Notes: generated from the sequence alone by a model not told the origin. A stretch of 64,000 nucleotides of DNA from a bacterium (GCA_017431625.1 JAFRKQ010000021.1:13324-77323), one strand, 5' to 3'. Numbered from the stretch's first letter, positions 17,800 to 27,236 are shown. A program made the numbers and translations.

Positions 17800-18395
17800 A
17801 TATTATGAAGCTCCCCGACCTAACGGTCGGGGTTTCTTATCCCATTTCAAACCTTGATCTCGTTCGCTCGAGCAAGCTCGCTCACTCAAACAAGGTTTGC
17901 CCTGAATCCTTTTTGCCCTGATCCTCAATGTACCTCTTTATTATCGCTTCATTATTTCCAATGGTTGTCACAAAATACCCGTCAGACCAAATTCCATCTG
18001 TTCCCCAGTATATCTGTTTTAGCATGGGGAATTTTCGCTTGATCTCCTTCGACGTATTCGATTTAATAATGCCTACAACTTTCCCAACACTCATTGTTGG
18101 CGAAATCGAAACTAAATAGTGTATGTGGTCTTGATCATGATTCACCTTTAAAAATTTAATTTGAGGATAATGACTAGTTATTTCCGCCAACTTTAATTCA
18201 AAATAAGCGAAAATTCCATCATTGATAATTTTACGTCGGTATTTTGTGACCGTGACTAAATGGTACTCACACTCATAAACGCAATGTGACAGATGTGTTA
18301 GTGGCATCAAGATATTATACCACGGTTCCAGAGTGCAAAAACAGATTCAGGGTGCCAGCACGGCCTTACGGCCGGAATTATGGCATGGCGATATA
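17800..18395 (-). mobile_element. IS200/IS605-family insertion sequence (tnpA only) with subterminal hairpins
   Basis: Hairpins CCCCGACC-TAAC-GGTCGGGG (17811-17832) and CGGCC-TTAC-GGCCG (18353-18366) bracket the tnpA ORF. Confidence 0.7.
17882..18310 (-). CDS. tnpA: IS200-like Y1 (HUH) transposase TnpA
   Basis: 142 aa. Has the HVH-type motif (DHIHYLVSI) and the C-terminal Y...K region typical of IS200 TnpA. Confidence 0.8.
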   Translation of the reverse strand: MMPLTHLSHCVYECEYHLVTVTKYRRKIINDGIFAYFELKLAEITSHYPQIKFLKVNHDQDHIHYLVSISPTMSVGKVVGIIKSNTSKEIKRKFPMLKQIYWGTDGIWSDGYFVTTIGNNEAIIKRYIEDQGKKDSGQTLFE

Positions 18396-18404
18396 AAACG
18401 ATCT

Positions 18405-19130
18405 TTATTGAGTTAAAGTTAGCGTTTCGCCTAGAACAAAGCCAGAACCATTATAATGAGGATCACTGGTACCTTCAAAAAACACTTGAATAAACTCTGA
18501 ACCACCAATCATTTGTAAAGATCGGTTGTCTTTAACCTTAAAAACCAAATTACCAGTCACTGACTGTGACACCATATGGCTATTGCTAAATGTGAAGCCA
18601 TCAGGGTTTAGCTCGCCTTCATACCAAAAAGTGGTATTAATATAGCACGACACCTGTTCATCATTAACTGTAAAATTACCGCTATAATGCACACCTTCAC
18701 CAATATAAGACTCAAAAGTACCATCATTGTGAAATTCAATGTAATTATTATATGGACCTGCACAACCATCATAGTTATCTGAATCCTCAAAGCACTTGCA
18801 ATGACGGCCATTGTCAACAACAGGAGATCCTCCCATACAGTACGACTCTCCCAGATATTTTCCCACAATAAAATTGCTTGCCGCCGGCTTTGTGTCTGAT
18901 GAAGTCACATTGGTAACAATGGTGGTTTCTACTGGGGCTTGTTCGTCATTTGCCCCGCCACTGGTGGTCACTTGAGAGACGCTACTGGTCTCTGGCACCG
19001 ATGGCAGCGTCAAGGCAGGATTATTGTGGCTATTACGCAGCGAGAAAGCAATCGCCGCCAAGGCCACCAGAATCCCCGCGCCTATAGCAATGCCCATCAT
19101 TTGTATGATAGTGTTGTTGTTTTTTTGCAT
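18405..19130 (-). CDS. Hypothetical membrane-anchored, Cys-containing extracytoplasmic protein
   Basis: N-terminal TM anchor (GIAIGAGILVALAAIAF), then a Ser/Thr-rich linker and a Cys-containing domain. Confidence 0.55.
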   Translation of the reverse strand: MQKNNNTIIQMMGIAIGAGILVALAAIAFSLRNSHNNPALTLPSVPETSSVSQVTTSGGANDEQAPVETTIVTNVTSSDTKPAASNFIVGKYLGESYCMGGSPVVDNGRHCKCFEDSDNYDGCAGPYNNYIEFHNDGTFESYIGEGVHYSGNFTVNDEQVSCYINTTFWYEGELNPDGFTFSNSHMVSQSVTGNLVFKVKDNRSLQMIGGSEFIQVFFEGTSDPHYNGSGFVLGETLTLTQ

Positions 19131-19332
19131 AATTATAAACTATATCTTGTCCAATTGTTGTATTACAAACGAGATCTATCTCACTCGTTCACAATGAGCA
19201 TATTGTATCATAAAAATGTGTTTTGTCAATAGCTACTAATTATTATGTCCACTGCGGAGCTCCGCAATTTTCGTATGTAGACAAAATATGTACAATTGGT
19301 ATTTTTTGTTAAACGCTTACCTCTGGTTTTTC

Positions 19333-19375
19333 GTAACAAAAATGACCCTTTTGTTTCAGGGCCATTTTTATTTTT
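19333..19375 (-). terminator. Rho-independent-type hairpin downstream of dnaK
   Basis: ATGACCCT / AGGGCCAT stem with T-runs on both sides, 20-60 nt past the dnaK stop. Confidence 0.45.
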
Positions 19376-19393
19376 GCTGTCAGACGTTGCTGT

Positions 19394-21301
19394 TTAGTTC
19401 ACGACCTCACCTTCGACGACATTATCACTGCTTTTGTCCTCAGTTTTCTTGTCGTCTGCCTTGTTGGTCGTTGTATCCGCTTGCTTTTCGGCTTGGGCTT
19501 TTTGCATCGCCTCACCGATTTTTTGCGCACTCTTCATCGTGTCTTCGATCGCTTTTTCCAATTCCTCTTTGGTGGTGGAGTCAGACTCAGACAACTTCTT
19601 GAGAGCCTCAACATTATCGGCGATCGCTTTGCGGTCAGCTTCCTCGAGCTTGTCACCATAGTCTTTGAGCTGTTTCTCCATCTCAAAGGCAACACTTGAA
19701 GCTTGATTTTTGGCTTCAATCAGCTCTTTTTTGGCCTTATCTTCCTCAGCGTGCATTTCCGCCTCTTTTTTCATCTTTTCCACCTCTTCATCAGAGAGAT
19801 TGGTCGAGTTGGAAATGGTGATATTGGCCTCTTTGCCGCTGGTGCGATCTTTGGCTGAGACTTTGAGGATACCGTTGGAGTCAATATCAAAAGTGACTTC
19901 CACTTGCGGGATCCCGCGTGGCGCTGGGGGAATGCCCGAAAGGACAAACCGACCCAAAGACTTGTTGTCCGCCGCCATTTCGCGCTCACCCTGAAGCACA
20001 TTAATCTCAACACTGGTTTGATTATCAGCGGCCGTTGAGAAGACCTGATTGCCACTAGTGGGGATAGTCGTATTACGTTTGATAATCGGTGTGCGAATGC
20101 CACCCAGAGTCTCCACACCCAGAGTCAGAGGCGTGACATCAAGCAAAACGACATCTTGGACATCACCGCCAATGACGCCTGCCTGCACAGCCGCACCAAT
20201 GGCCACCACTTCATCAGGGTTGACTCCTTGCTCAGGTTTCTTGCCAAAGAATTTTTCCACCTCGGCTACCACCTTGGGCATACGGGTCATACCGCCCACG
20301 AGAACGACATTGGCGATCTCGCTAGCCTTGAGTTTGGCGTCTTTCAAAGCCGCTTCCACCGGCTTGAAAGTCCGCTGGATCAGTTCATCAGTAAGCTCTT
20401 CCAACTTGGCACGAGTGAGTGTCATCGTCAAGTGTAGGGGAGTACCCTCATCTGACTGAGTAATGAAGGGAAGGTTGATCTCAGTACTCATAGTCGCTGA
20501 CAACTCAATCTTGGCCTTTTCTGCCGCGTCTTTGACCCGTTGGAGGGCTTGTGGATCTTTGCTTAAGTCCTTACCATTGTCTTTTTTGAACTCGTCCACG
20601 ATCCACTCAATGATCTTGTTGTCAAAGTCATCACCGCCAAGGAAAGTATCGCCATTGGTGGATTTGACTTCAAAAACGCCATCGCCAATTTCGAGAATGG
20701 AGATATCAAAAGTACCGCCACCAAGGTCATAGACAGCAATTTTACTATTGCCTTTTTTGTCAAGACCATAGGCCAAAGCAGCCGCTGTTGGTTCATTGAC
20801 GATCCGCTCCACCTTGAGACCAGCAATCTCACCGGCTTGTTTGGTCGCTTGACGTTGCGAGTCATCAAAATAAGCTGGCACGGTAATAACTGCCCGATCG
20901 ACGCTACCACCCAAATAGGCTTCAGCATCTGCCTTAGCTTTTTGCAAAATCTTGGCGGAAATTTCTTGTGGAGTTAGTTTGTCGCCCTCAATTTCCAAAA
21001 CAGCCATGCCGTCTTTACCGGAGGCCACATCATAAGCAACGTGCTTGAGCGCGTTTTGCACTGGCTTAGCATTATACTTTTGCCCCATAAAACGTTTGAC
21101 GGAATTGACCGTGTTTTTGGGATTGAGCACCATCTGCCGCTTGGCCGCATCACCCACCGCCGTTTCACCTTTTTTAAAACTTACAATTGAGGGGAAGGTA
21201 TTGCGCCCTTCAGCTGTGGGGATAATCTTGGCGTGACCGCCTTCCATGACAGCAACGGCTGAGTTAGTCGTGCCCAAATCGATTCCAATTATTTTTGACA
21301 T
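19394..21301 (-). CDS. dnaK: Molecular chaperone DnaK (Hsp70)
   Basis: [18 protein letters not shown] and the full-length Hsp70 architecture. Confidence 0.97.
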   Translation of the reverse strand: MSKIIGIDLGTTNSAVAVMEGGHAKIIPTAEGRNTFPSIVSFKKGETAVGDAAKRQMVLNPKNTVNSVKRFMGQKYNAKPVQNALKHVAYDVASGKDGMAVLEIEGDKLTPQEISAKILQKAKADAEAYLGGSVDRAVITVPAYFDDSQRQATKQAGEIAGLKVERIVNEPTAAALAYGLDKKGNSKIAVYDLGGGTFDISILEIGDGVFEVKSTNGDTFLGGDDFDNKIIEWIVDEFKKDNGKDLSKDPQALQRVKDAAEKAKIELSATMSTEINLPFITQSDEGTPLHLTMTLTRAKLEELTDELIQRTFKPVEAALKDAKLKASEIANVVLVGGMTRMPKVVAEVEKFFGKKPEQGVNPDEVVAIGAAVQAGVIGGDVQDVVLLDVTPLTLGVETLGGIRTPIIKRNTTIPTSGNQVFSTAADNQTSVEINVLQGEREMAADNKSLGRFVLSGIPPAPRGIPQVEVTFDIDSNGILKVSAKDRTSGKEANITISNSTNLSDEEVEKMKKEAEMHAEEDKAKKELIEAKNQASSVAFEMEKQLKDYGDKLEEADRKAIADNVEALKKLSESDSTTKEELEKAIEDTMKSAQKIGEAMQKAQAEKQADTTTNKADDKKTEDKSSDNVVEGEVVN

Positions 21302-21397
21302 AATATTTTTTCCTTTCTAGCTATCACACCACCATTATAATAGTATATTGTTGTTTAGTCAACGTGCTATTAACAACGTGGTTAATTGATATTAGCA

Positions 21398-21441
21398 ATT
21401 CTAGCAGAAGACTGCTAATTTGTCAAGAGGCAATTTCCAGG
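21398..21441 (-). promoter_or_regulatory. dnaK promoter: conserved element GCCTGGAAATTGCCTC, then TTGACA, N16, TAGAAT
   Basis: Reverse complement of 21419-21441 reads GCCTGGAAATTGCCTCTTGACAA. The same 23-mer occurs at 45564-45586 and, split, at 53543-53595. Confidence 0.6.
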
Positions 21442-21480
21442 CAAAAAGTCAATTCCTCACAAATTGCCTGCCCCAAAACC

Positions 21481-21496
21481 ACACTTGTGTGGTATA
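21481..21496 (+). promoter_or_regulatory. secD promoter, extended -10 (TTGTGTGGTATACT)
   Basis: TGTGGTATACT lies 16 nt upstream of the ATG at 21513. Confidence 0.5.
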
Positions 21497-21512
21497 CTCA
21501 GGCGTATTGATT

Positions 21513-22871
21513 ATGTGGAAAAAGAGTAAACTTGTTCGTGACTATTTTATTGTTTTAGGTGTGGTTTTGATCGCTTTTTTTATTGCCCTGCCTAGCACCT
21601 TTAGTCTCAATGTCGCTGGACGAGAGATTAATTTTGCCAAAAGCCGCGCCTTGCCCAGTTTTTTTGGCCGCCGGCTCACTTTTGACTTCCCGCTCAAGCT
21701 CGGCCTTGATATCGCTGGTGGTGTCCAGTTGACTCTCAACGCTGATATGAGCCAGATTGCCTCAGAAGATCGCCTCGCCGCCTTGCAAGCCGCTGTAGAA
21801 ATTGTCCGCCAACGTGTCGATGCTTATGGTCTTAATGAGCCAATAATTCAAACCTCCACCAGTGGCGATCAGTATCGGATCATTGTGGAAATTCCCGGAC
21901 TTGACGATGTCGATCAAGCCGTCGCTTTAATTGGTACTACAGCCCAGCTCGACTTTCGCCTACAAAACAGTGAGGCAACCATGGCCGCTACGCTTGACGA
22001 TTTGTTTACACCCACAGGTCTTGATGGCTCAATGCTTGAGCGCGCGCTCGCCACTGTCGATACCAATACCCGCCAGCAAGTAGTGCAGCTCCAATTTTCT
22101 GACGAGGGGCAAAAACTTTTTGGTGATCTCACCAGTCAGCACATTGGTGACACCCTAGCGATCTTCATCGATGGCTATCCGATCATGTTGCCTACTATTA
22201 ATAGTGCCATTTTGGACGGTAGCGCGGTTATTACTGGCAGTTTTACCAGCGAGCAGGCGCGAGCCTTAGCCATCCAGCTCAACTCTGGGGCTTTGCCCGT
22301 ACCGCTCACGATCTTATCACAATCGCAAGTGGGTGCCAGTCTAGGCGAGGACAGCGTCCGCGCCAGCGTTTTTGCGGGCATTGTGGGTTTGGTATTGATT
22401 GCCATCTTTATGGTGCTCAACTACGGCCTCAAGGGTCTGCTGGCCGATACCTGTCTAGCGATCTATTGTTTGATTATCATTGCGGTCTACAAAGTTTTTG
22501 GCGTCACTATGACCCTGCCCGCAATTGCTGCGGTGATGATTTCTATGGGCATGGCCGTTGACTCCAATATTTTGGTTTTTTCGCGCATGAAAGAAGAGGA
22601 GCTTTTAGGACGCACCCGCTCGCAAGCGCGCGAACTAAGTTTTGGCCGGGCTATGGATAGTATCAAGGATGCCAACTTCATCACCCTGATGATTGCCCTG
22701 ATTCTCATCAATCCGCTTGATTTGGCTTTTCTCAATAGCTCAGGCACGATCAGGGGCTTTGGTATGACGCTATTTTTGGGCGTGATTGTGGGACTTTTTA
22801 CTGGCATTTTTGTGACGCGGACTCTGACTCGTGTTTTTATCCGCGATCCCCAAGAAAGTGAGCGCTCATGA
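21513..22871 (+). CDS. secD: Protein translocase subunit SecD
   Basis: Periplasmic domain plus a C-terminal 6-TM region with conserved SecD motifs (LDIAGG, SMGMAVDSNILVF). The ORF track start at 21420 is a TTG inside the promoter, so the ATG at 21513 is preferred. Confidence 0.9.
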   Translation: MWKKSKLVRDYFIVLGVVLIAFFIALPSTFSLNVAGREINFAKSRALPSFFGRRLTFDFPLKLGLDIAGGVQLTLNADMSQIASEDRLAALQAAVEIVRQRVDAYGLNEPIIQTSTSGDQYRIIVEIPGLDDVDQAVALIGTTAQLDFRLQNSEATMAATLDDLFTPTGLDGSMLERALATVDTNTRQQVVQLQFSDEGQKLFGDLTSQHIGDTLAIFIDGYPIMLPTINSAILDGSAVITGSFTSEQARALAIQLNSGALPVPLTILSQSQVGASLGEDSVRASVFAGIVGLVLIAIFMVLNYGLKGLLADTCLAIYCLIIIAVYKVFGVTMTLPAIAAVMISMGMAVDSNILVFSRMKEEELLGRTRSQARELSFGRAMDSIKDANFITLMIALILINPLDLAFLNSSGTIRGFGMTLFLGVIVGLFTGIFVTRTLTRVFIRDPQESERS

Positions 22872-23767
22872 AATTTTATAAATATTATTGGCTTTATTTT
22901 GTCATTTCTGCTTGTTTCCTCATTCCTGGGCTCTTGTCATTGTTTGTCAACGGTTTCCGACTCGGCATTGATTTTACTGGCGGTTCTATTCTCACGATCC
23001 AGGCGCGCGAAGCCACACAAGCAGCGCTCTTGACAGAAAGCAACTTGCGTGCTTATATCGATGATCGCCAGACTATTAACAGCATCAAGTTCAATGACCA
23101 AGGCCAAGCCATCATTCGCACTGGCGTCATTGACAATGAGCAAAAAAATGCCTTACTTGAGCAAATTAATAGTCGCCTGCCAGTTGAGGCCGTGAGTTTT
23201 GAAGCTGTGGGAGCGACTATGGGCAGTGAGCTGATGAGCAAAACCTTCGCCGCCATTGCTTTAGCTTCGCTGGTTTTGGTAGGCTATTTGTATTATCGCT
23301 TCAATAATCTCGCTTATGGCTTGGGAGCCTTGCTAGGAGTCGTCCACGATGTCACCATTATTTGCGGGATCTTCAGTCTGCTCGGCTGGTGGCGAGGCAC
23401 TGAGGTAGACTCACTTTTTGTTACTGCTATGCTGACCACGATCTCTTTTTCCGTCCACGACACAGTGGTCATTTACGATCGCATCCGCGAACTGCAAAAA
23501 AAATTTCCCCACAGTCGTTTTGTAGATACTTGCGAGGCAGCAGTGATGGCGACAATTTCACGTTCATTTAACAATTCGCTCACAGTTTGTTTCATGCTCT
23601 TATCCCTCTTGCTTTTGGGTGGCGTTACTTTGCGTTCTTTTGCCCTAGCGCTGCTTTTGGGTGTCGTTTTTGGCACCTACTCGTCACCCTTTACTTCCAT
23701 TCCACTTTTGATTCTTTTTGACAAAAAAGGTTGGTTTACCAAAAATGATAAACAAAAGAAAAAGTAG
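22868..23767 (+). CDS. secF: Protein translocase subunit SecF
   Basis: ATGA overlap with secD. SecF TM pattern. HDTVVIYDRIRE-like motif. Confidence 0.9.
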   Translation: MKFYKYYWLYFVISACFLIPGLLSLFVNGFRLGIDFTGGSILTIQAREATQAALLTESNLRAYIDDRQTINSIKFNDQGQAIIRTGVIDNEQKNALLEQINSRLPVEAVSFEAVGATMGSELMSKTFAAIALASLVLVGYLYYRFNNLAYGLGALLGVVHDVTIICGIFSLLGWWRGTEVDSLFVTAMLTTISFSVHDTVVIYDRIRELQKKFPHSRFVDTCEAAVMATISRSFNNSLTVCFMLLSLLLLGGVTLRSFALALLLGVVFGTYSSPFTSIPLLILFDKKGWFTKNDKQKKK

Positions 23768-23769
23768 CT

Positions 23770-24237
23770 ATGACAAAACAAGAACGTAATTGGCTAGTGG
23801 GTGGTAGTGTCGGTACAGTTTTTTTGATGTTCACTTTTGTGTTTTTGATGTCCGACTATTCACCGCTACATCATCCCGCCACCAGCAATACCCAAGCCTT
23901 GATTGACAGTCTCAACGCCTTACAGTCTCACCCCAATGAGGGTAGCAGTGGGGGAGAGCTCACCTTGGACAATAAGTCAGCCTCCAGCTTGCCAACAGCT
24001 CAAGACTCAGTGTCAACTATGCCTGACGCTGCCCACCAAGAAACTGCCGCTACTCATACTCAGGACGATGAGAATACAGCAGCTAGTGACAATAATCAAC
24101 TCAAAGCCACAGATATTGATTGGGAGACAGTCGATACCAATACGATTGATTTTGACAATCTCGATCTTACCGGTAGTGATGTCGTCACCGGTGACCAAGT
24201 ATTGCAACTGCTGCAAAATCAAGAAACGAACCAATAA
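23770..24237 (+). CDS. Hypothetical membrane-anchored acidic, low-complexity protein
   Basis: N-terminal TM (VGTVFLMFTFVFLM) then a D/T/N-rich tail. Directly follows secF. Confidence 0.5.
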   Translation: MTKQERNWLVGGSVGTVFLMFTFVFLMSDYSPLHHPATSNTQALIDSLNALQSHPNEGSSGGELTLDNKSASSLPTAQDSVSTMPDAAHQETAATHTQDDENTAASDNNQLKATDIDWETVDTNTIDFDNLDLTGSDVVTGDQVLQLLQNQETNQ

Positions 24238-24255
24238 ATGTCCAAGCGGCAAAAA

Positions 24256-24346
24256 ACAAAAACCCCATTTTTGTCACCAAAAACCAGATGTGCGCGTTTA
24301 ACACGCGTTTAACAAAATTTACTTATTGTACACATTTTGTGAACAA
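24256..24346. repeat. ~90-nt intergenic repeat element, copy 1 (contains tandem CGCGTTTAACA x2)
   Basis: Aligns over ~90 nt with 55707-55797 (CATTTTTGTCACCAAAAACCAGA...GTTTAACACGCGTTTAACAAAA...TTGTACA-ATTTTGT). Confidence 0.8.
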
Positions 24347-24372
24347 TTAAAACCCATCGCGAGACAATGAAA

Positions 24373-25791
24373 TTAATAAATCTCTTCACGTGACGATGTT
24401 ACCATCCCCAGTTCTTTATAACCCTGCAAACGTTTGCGTTGCATTGCTCGCATGATACCCAAATTGACATCGACATAATCATAAACACACGCTTGCGTTT
24501 TGCCCGGTGCCACTCGCTGCACTCGCCCTACATATTGGATGAGCTTCCCTTTCCAGGAAAAGGGGAAAGCCAAAAACAAGCTGTCAGCGGCTGGCCAGTC
24601 AAAGCCTTCGCCCACCACACCACCCGTAGCCACCATTACCTGAAAACGATTTTTTTTGACTTGATCCAACAAGTCCGCGCGCTCCTCTTTTTTGAGCTGA
24701 CCGGTGACTAGCACTGTTTTAATTTGCGGGGCATTGAGGCGGATAAACATTGCCAAAGCTTCAGCGTGACCCACACGCTCAGACAATACAATACATTTTT
24801 GTCCGCGCTTGCACGCGTCCAAAACATCAGCCACCACCAGCTTGAGCCGCTCAGGATCAGCACTCAAAATCGTGCCCAGCTCGCTAAACTCCTTATCCTC
24901 ACTATCTGGCACAAAAAAATCAGTTGGTCGCCAAAACAATTGCGTCGCCACGCGATTGTCCGGCAATAAATCATGCGCGTCACTGGCCAGTGTGGCCGTG
25001 GGCACAATTGGGCCAATATAAAAATTCATCAAGCGATCCAGTTTGTCCTTACGGTAAGGGGTAGCCGTCAGCCCCAGACAATAGCGAGCCGCAAAACCGC
25101 GCACCACCTTGGCAAAAGTATTGGCAGGCACATGATGACACTCATCCACCACCACCAGTCCAAACTCGTTTTTGAGCGTTTTTGTCCCTCGACTCAAAAG
25201 AGTTTGGTAGGAGGCAATGGTGACGCGCTCACCCAGCCGCCATTTACCCTCGCCGATAATCCCCAGCTCGCTGGGATCCACATCACAATAGTCACTGATA
25301 CGCCGCTGCCACTGACCCAAAAGCGCTCGGGTGTGGACAATCACCAGGGTTTTTTGTGCCCGCGTACAAATTACCTCAATGCCCAACATCGTCTTGCCAA
25401 AACCCGGCTTGGCCTCCAAGATAGACCGGTATGGTCGCAAGAGCTTGGTTTTGGCCTCTTCTTGCTCGGGACGCAATTTAATTTTGCTGACTATCGGGGT
25501 CACGGGAGCCTCAATGCGGTGATCATCAAGGATCAGCTCATCGCCACGATTATGAATAAAAGTCCTTAGTGCCGGCCCAAAACCCAAAGGTAAATAGTAG
25601 CCGCTTTTGAGTTGGCGGTAGCACTTGATTTGTTTGGGCACTTTCCAGACAGAATAGCCCATACGCATCAGCTCACCGAGTTTGGGATTGGGGAAACTCA
25701 AGCTGCGGCGGATAAACTGCGCCAAATCATCATCAACTTGATCTGGCGCCAAAAAAATCTCGCAGTCAACTCTAGCAGTAATAGTGCTCAT
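24373..25791 (-). CDS. Superfamily-2 DNA helicase (ResIII / XPB-Rad25-like)
   Basis: Motif I PGFGKT, motif II VVVDECHH, motif III GLTATP, C-terminal helicase motif QYVGRVQR. An N-terminal ~100-aa extra domain is present. Confidence 0.7.
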   Translation of the reverse strand: MSTITARVDCEIFLAPDQVDDDLAQFIRRSLSFPNPKLGELMRMGYSVWKVPKQIKCYRQLKSGYYLPLGFGPALRTFIHNRGDELILDDHRIEAPVTPIVSKIKLRPEQEEAKTKLLRPYRSILEAKPGFGKTMLGIEVICTRAQKTLVIVHTRALLGQWQRRISDYCDVDPSELGIIGEGKWRLGERVTIASYQTLLSRGTKTLKNEFGLVVVDECHHVPANTFAKVVRGFAARYCLGLTATPYRKDKLDRLMNFYIGPIVPTATLASDAHDLLPDNRVATQLFWRPTDFFVPDSEDKEFSELGTILSADPERLKLVVADVLDACKRGQKCIVLSERVGHAEALAMFIRLNAPQIKTVLVTGQLKKEERADLLDQVKKNRFQVMVATGGVVGEGFDWPAADSLFLAFPFSWKGKLIQYVGRVQRVAPGKTQACVYDYVDVNLGIMRAMQRKRLQGYKELGMVTSSREEIY

Positions 25792-27236
25792 ACACGTCTT
25801 TTTTGCACTTTAGCCCCAGTGGGGGTGTCGATAATTTGGTAGCCCAGAGCCTCAATCCGCTCGCGCAAAAAATCAGCCCGAGCAAAATCTTTATTGGCTC
25901 GCGCTTGAGTGCGCTCATCAAGCAATCTTTGGGCCTCACCATCATCATCAAGGACAACCTCTAGCTGTTCGGCTCGCCCCAAAAGTGTGCTTTGTCGGCG
26001 CAAATCCAATCCCAAAATATCATCAAGATCAAGAATCAAATCGTACCGCTCTTGCGGCAGCAAATTAGATTTGAGAATTTGATTAATCACTGCCAAGCCA
26101 GCACTACTATTCAAATCATCATTGATCGCAGCTAAAAACTTTTCCCGATATTCCTGGGCTTTATCCAATCGCTCTTGAGTGACCATTCCTGACTCGCGCG
26201 TGCGACCATCTTGAGCCAGACTGCGCAAAAGACGATCATAAGCTGTTTGTGCGGCGGCCAAACTTTCCCAGGTGAAATTAAGTTCATGGCGATAATGTGA
26301 CATCAAAAAAAGATAGCGTAAGCCCATTGGTGTAAAACCGCGTTCCAAAACATCTTCCAATCGATAAATATTCCCCAGGGATTTGCTCATTTTTTGGCCG
26401 TCTATCCGCATAAAATTACCATGAACCCACACACGAACAAAAGGCGTGCGCCCAGTGTAAGCCTCCGCTTGAGCAATCTCATTGGTATGATGGACTGGGA
26501 TATGATCGACACCACCAGTGTGGATATCCACCGGTTGACCCAACTGATCCAGTGACATCGCTACACACTCCAGATGCCAACCGGGAAATGAGCGCTCACC
26601 CCAAGGCGAGGGCCACACCATTTGCCGATTTTCGCCTGGCTTTTCCAACTTCCAGACAGCAAAATCTGTGGGGTAACGTTTGCCCGCCACCTTTTCTACT
26701 CGCGCGCCTTCTTGCAGTCCTTCCGGCTTAAAGCCCGCTAGCGCTCCATAATTAGCCACTTTACTGGTGTCAAAATACAGCCCGTCCCCAGGGATCAAAT
26801 AAGCAAAACCTTTCTCCTCCAATGCGACCGCAATTTGCAACTGCTGTTGAATATACTCAGTCGCTCTGGTGACAACATCAGGACGAATGATATTAAGTTT
26901 ATCGCCAGTTTCGTAAAAATAACGCTCAAACTTGCGGGCAACGTCGTAAACAGAAGTCCCTTCCCGCCGCGCGCCTTTTTCTAGTTTGTCCTCGCCAGTA
27001 TCAGCATCAGAGGTTAGATGACCTACATCAGTCACATTTTGCACGTGTTTGAGTGTGTAGCCATCATACTTAAGGGTGCGGATAAGCAAATCATCCATGA
27101 CGTAATGTCGCCAATTGCCCAAATGCGCGTAATCATAAGCCGTAATCCCACACGAATAAATCCCCAAGGGTCGCCCTTCAGGCTGGACAATTAATTCTTT
27201 TTTTTTGCTCGCTGTGTTGTATAAATGTAGTTGCAT
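25788..27236 (-). CDS. cysS: Cysteine--tRNA ligase
   Basis: HIGH-type motif (AHLGN) and KMSKS. CysRS length and architecture. 4-nt overlap with the downstream helicase gene. Confidence 0.95.
   Translation of the reverse strand: MQLHLYNTASKKKELIVQPEGRPLGIYSCGITAYDYAHLGNWRHYVMDDLLIRTLKYDGYTLKHVQNVTDVGHLTSDADTGEDKLEKGARREGTSVYDVARKFERYFYETGDKLNIIRPDVVTRATEYIQQQLQIAVALEEKGFAYLIPGDGLYFDTSKVANYGALAGFKPEGLQEGARVEKVAGKRYPTDFAVWKLEKPGENRQMVWPSPWGERSFPGWHLECVAMSLDQLGQPVDIHTGGVDHIPVHHTNEIAQAEAYTGRTPFVRVWVHGNFMRIDGQKMSKSLGNIYRLEDVLERGFTPMGLRYLFLMSHYRHELNFTWESLAAAQTAYDRLLRSLAQDGRTRESGMVTQERLDKAQEYREKFLAAINDDLNSSAGLAVINQILKSNLLPQERYDLILDLDDILGLDLRRQSTLLGRAEQLEVVLDDDGEAQRLLDERTQARANKDFARADFLRERIEALGYQIIDTPTGAKVQKRRV

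Noticed and set aside
19434-21236. Multiple 60-140-aa ORFs on both strands inside dnaK
   Set aside because: These are shadow ORFs within a highly conserved Hsp70 coding region. The same applies to ORFs nested in cysS, atpA/D, aspS, glgX, hisS and the big glycosyltransferase.
21302-21400. CIRCE (HrcA) heat-shock operator in the dnaK leader
   Set aside because: The leader contains TTAATAGCACGTTGAC, but not the TTAGCACTC-N9-GAGTGCTAA inverted repeat.
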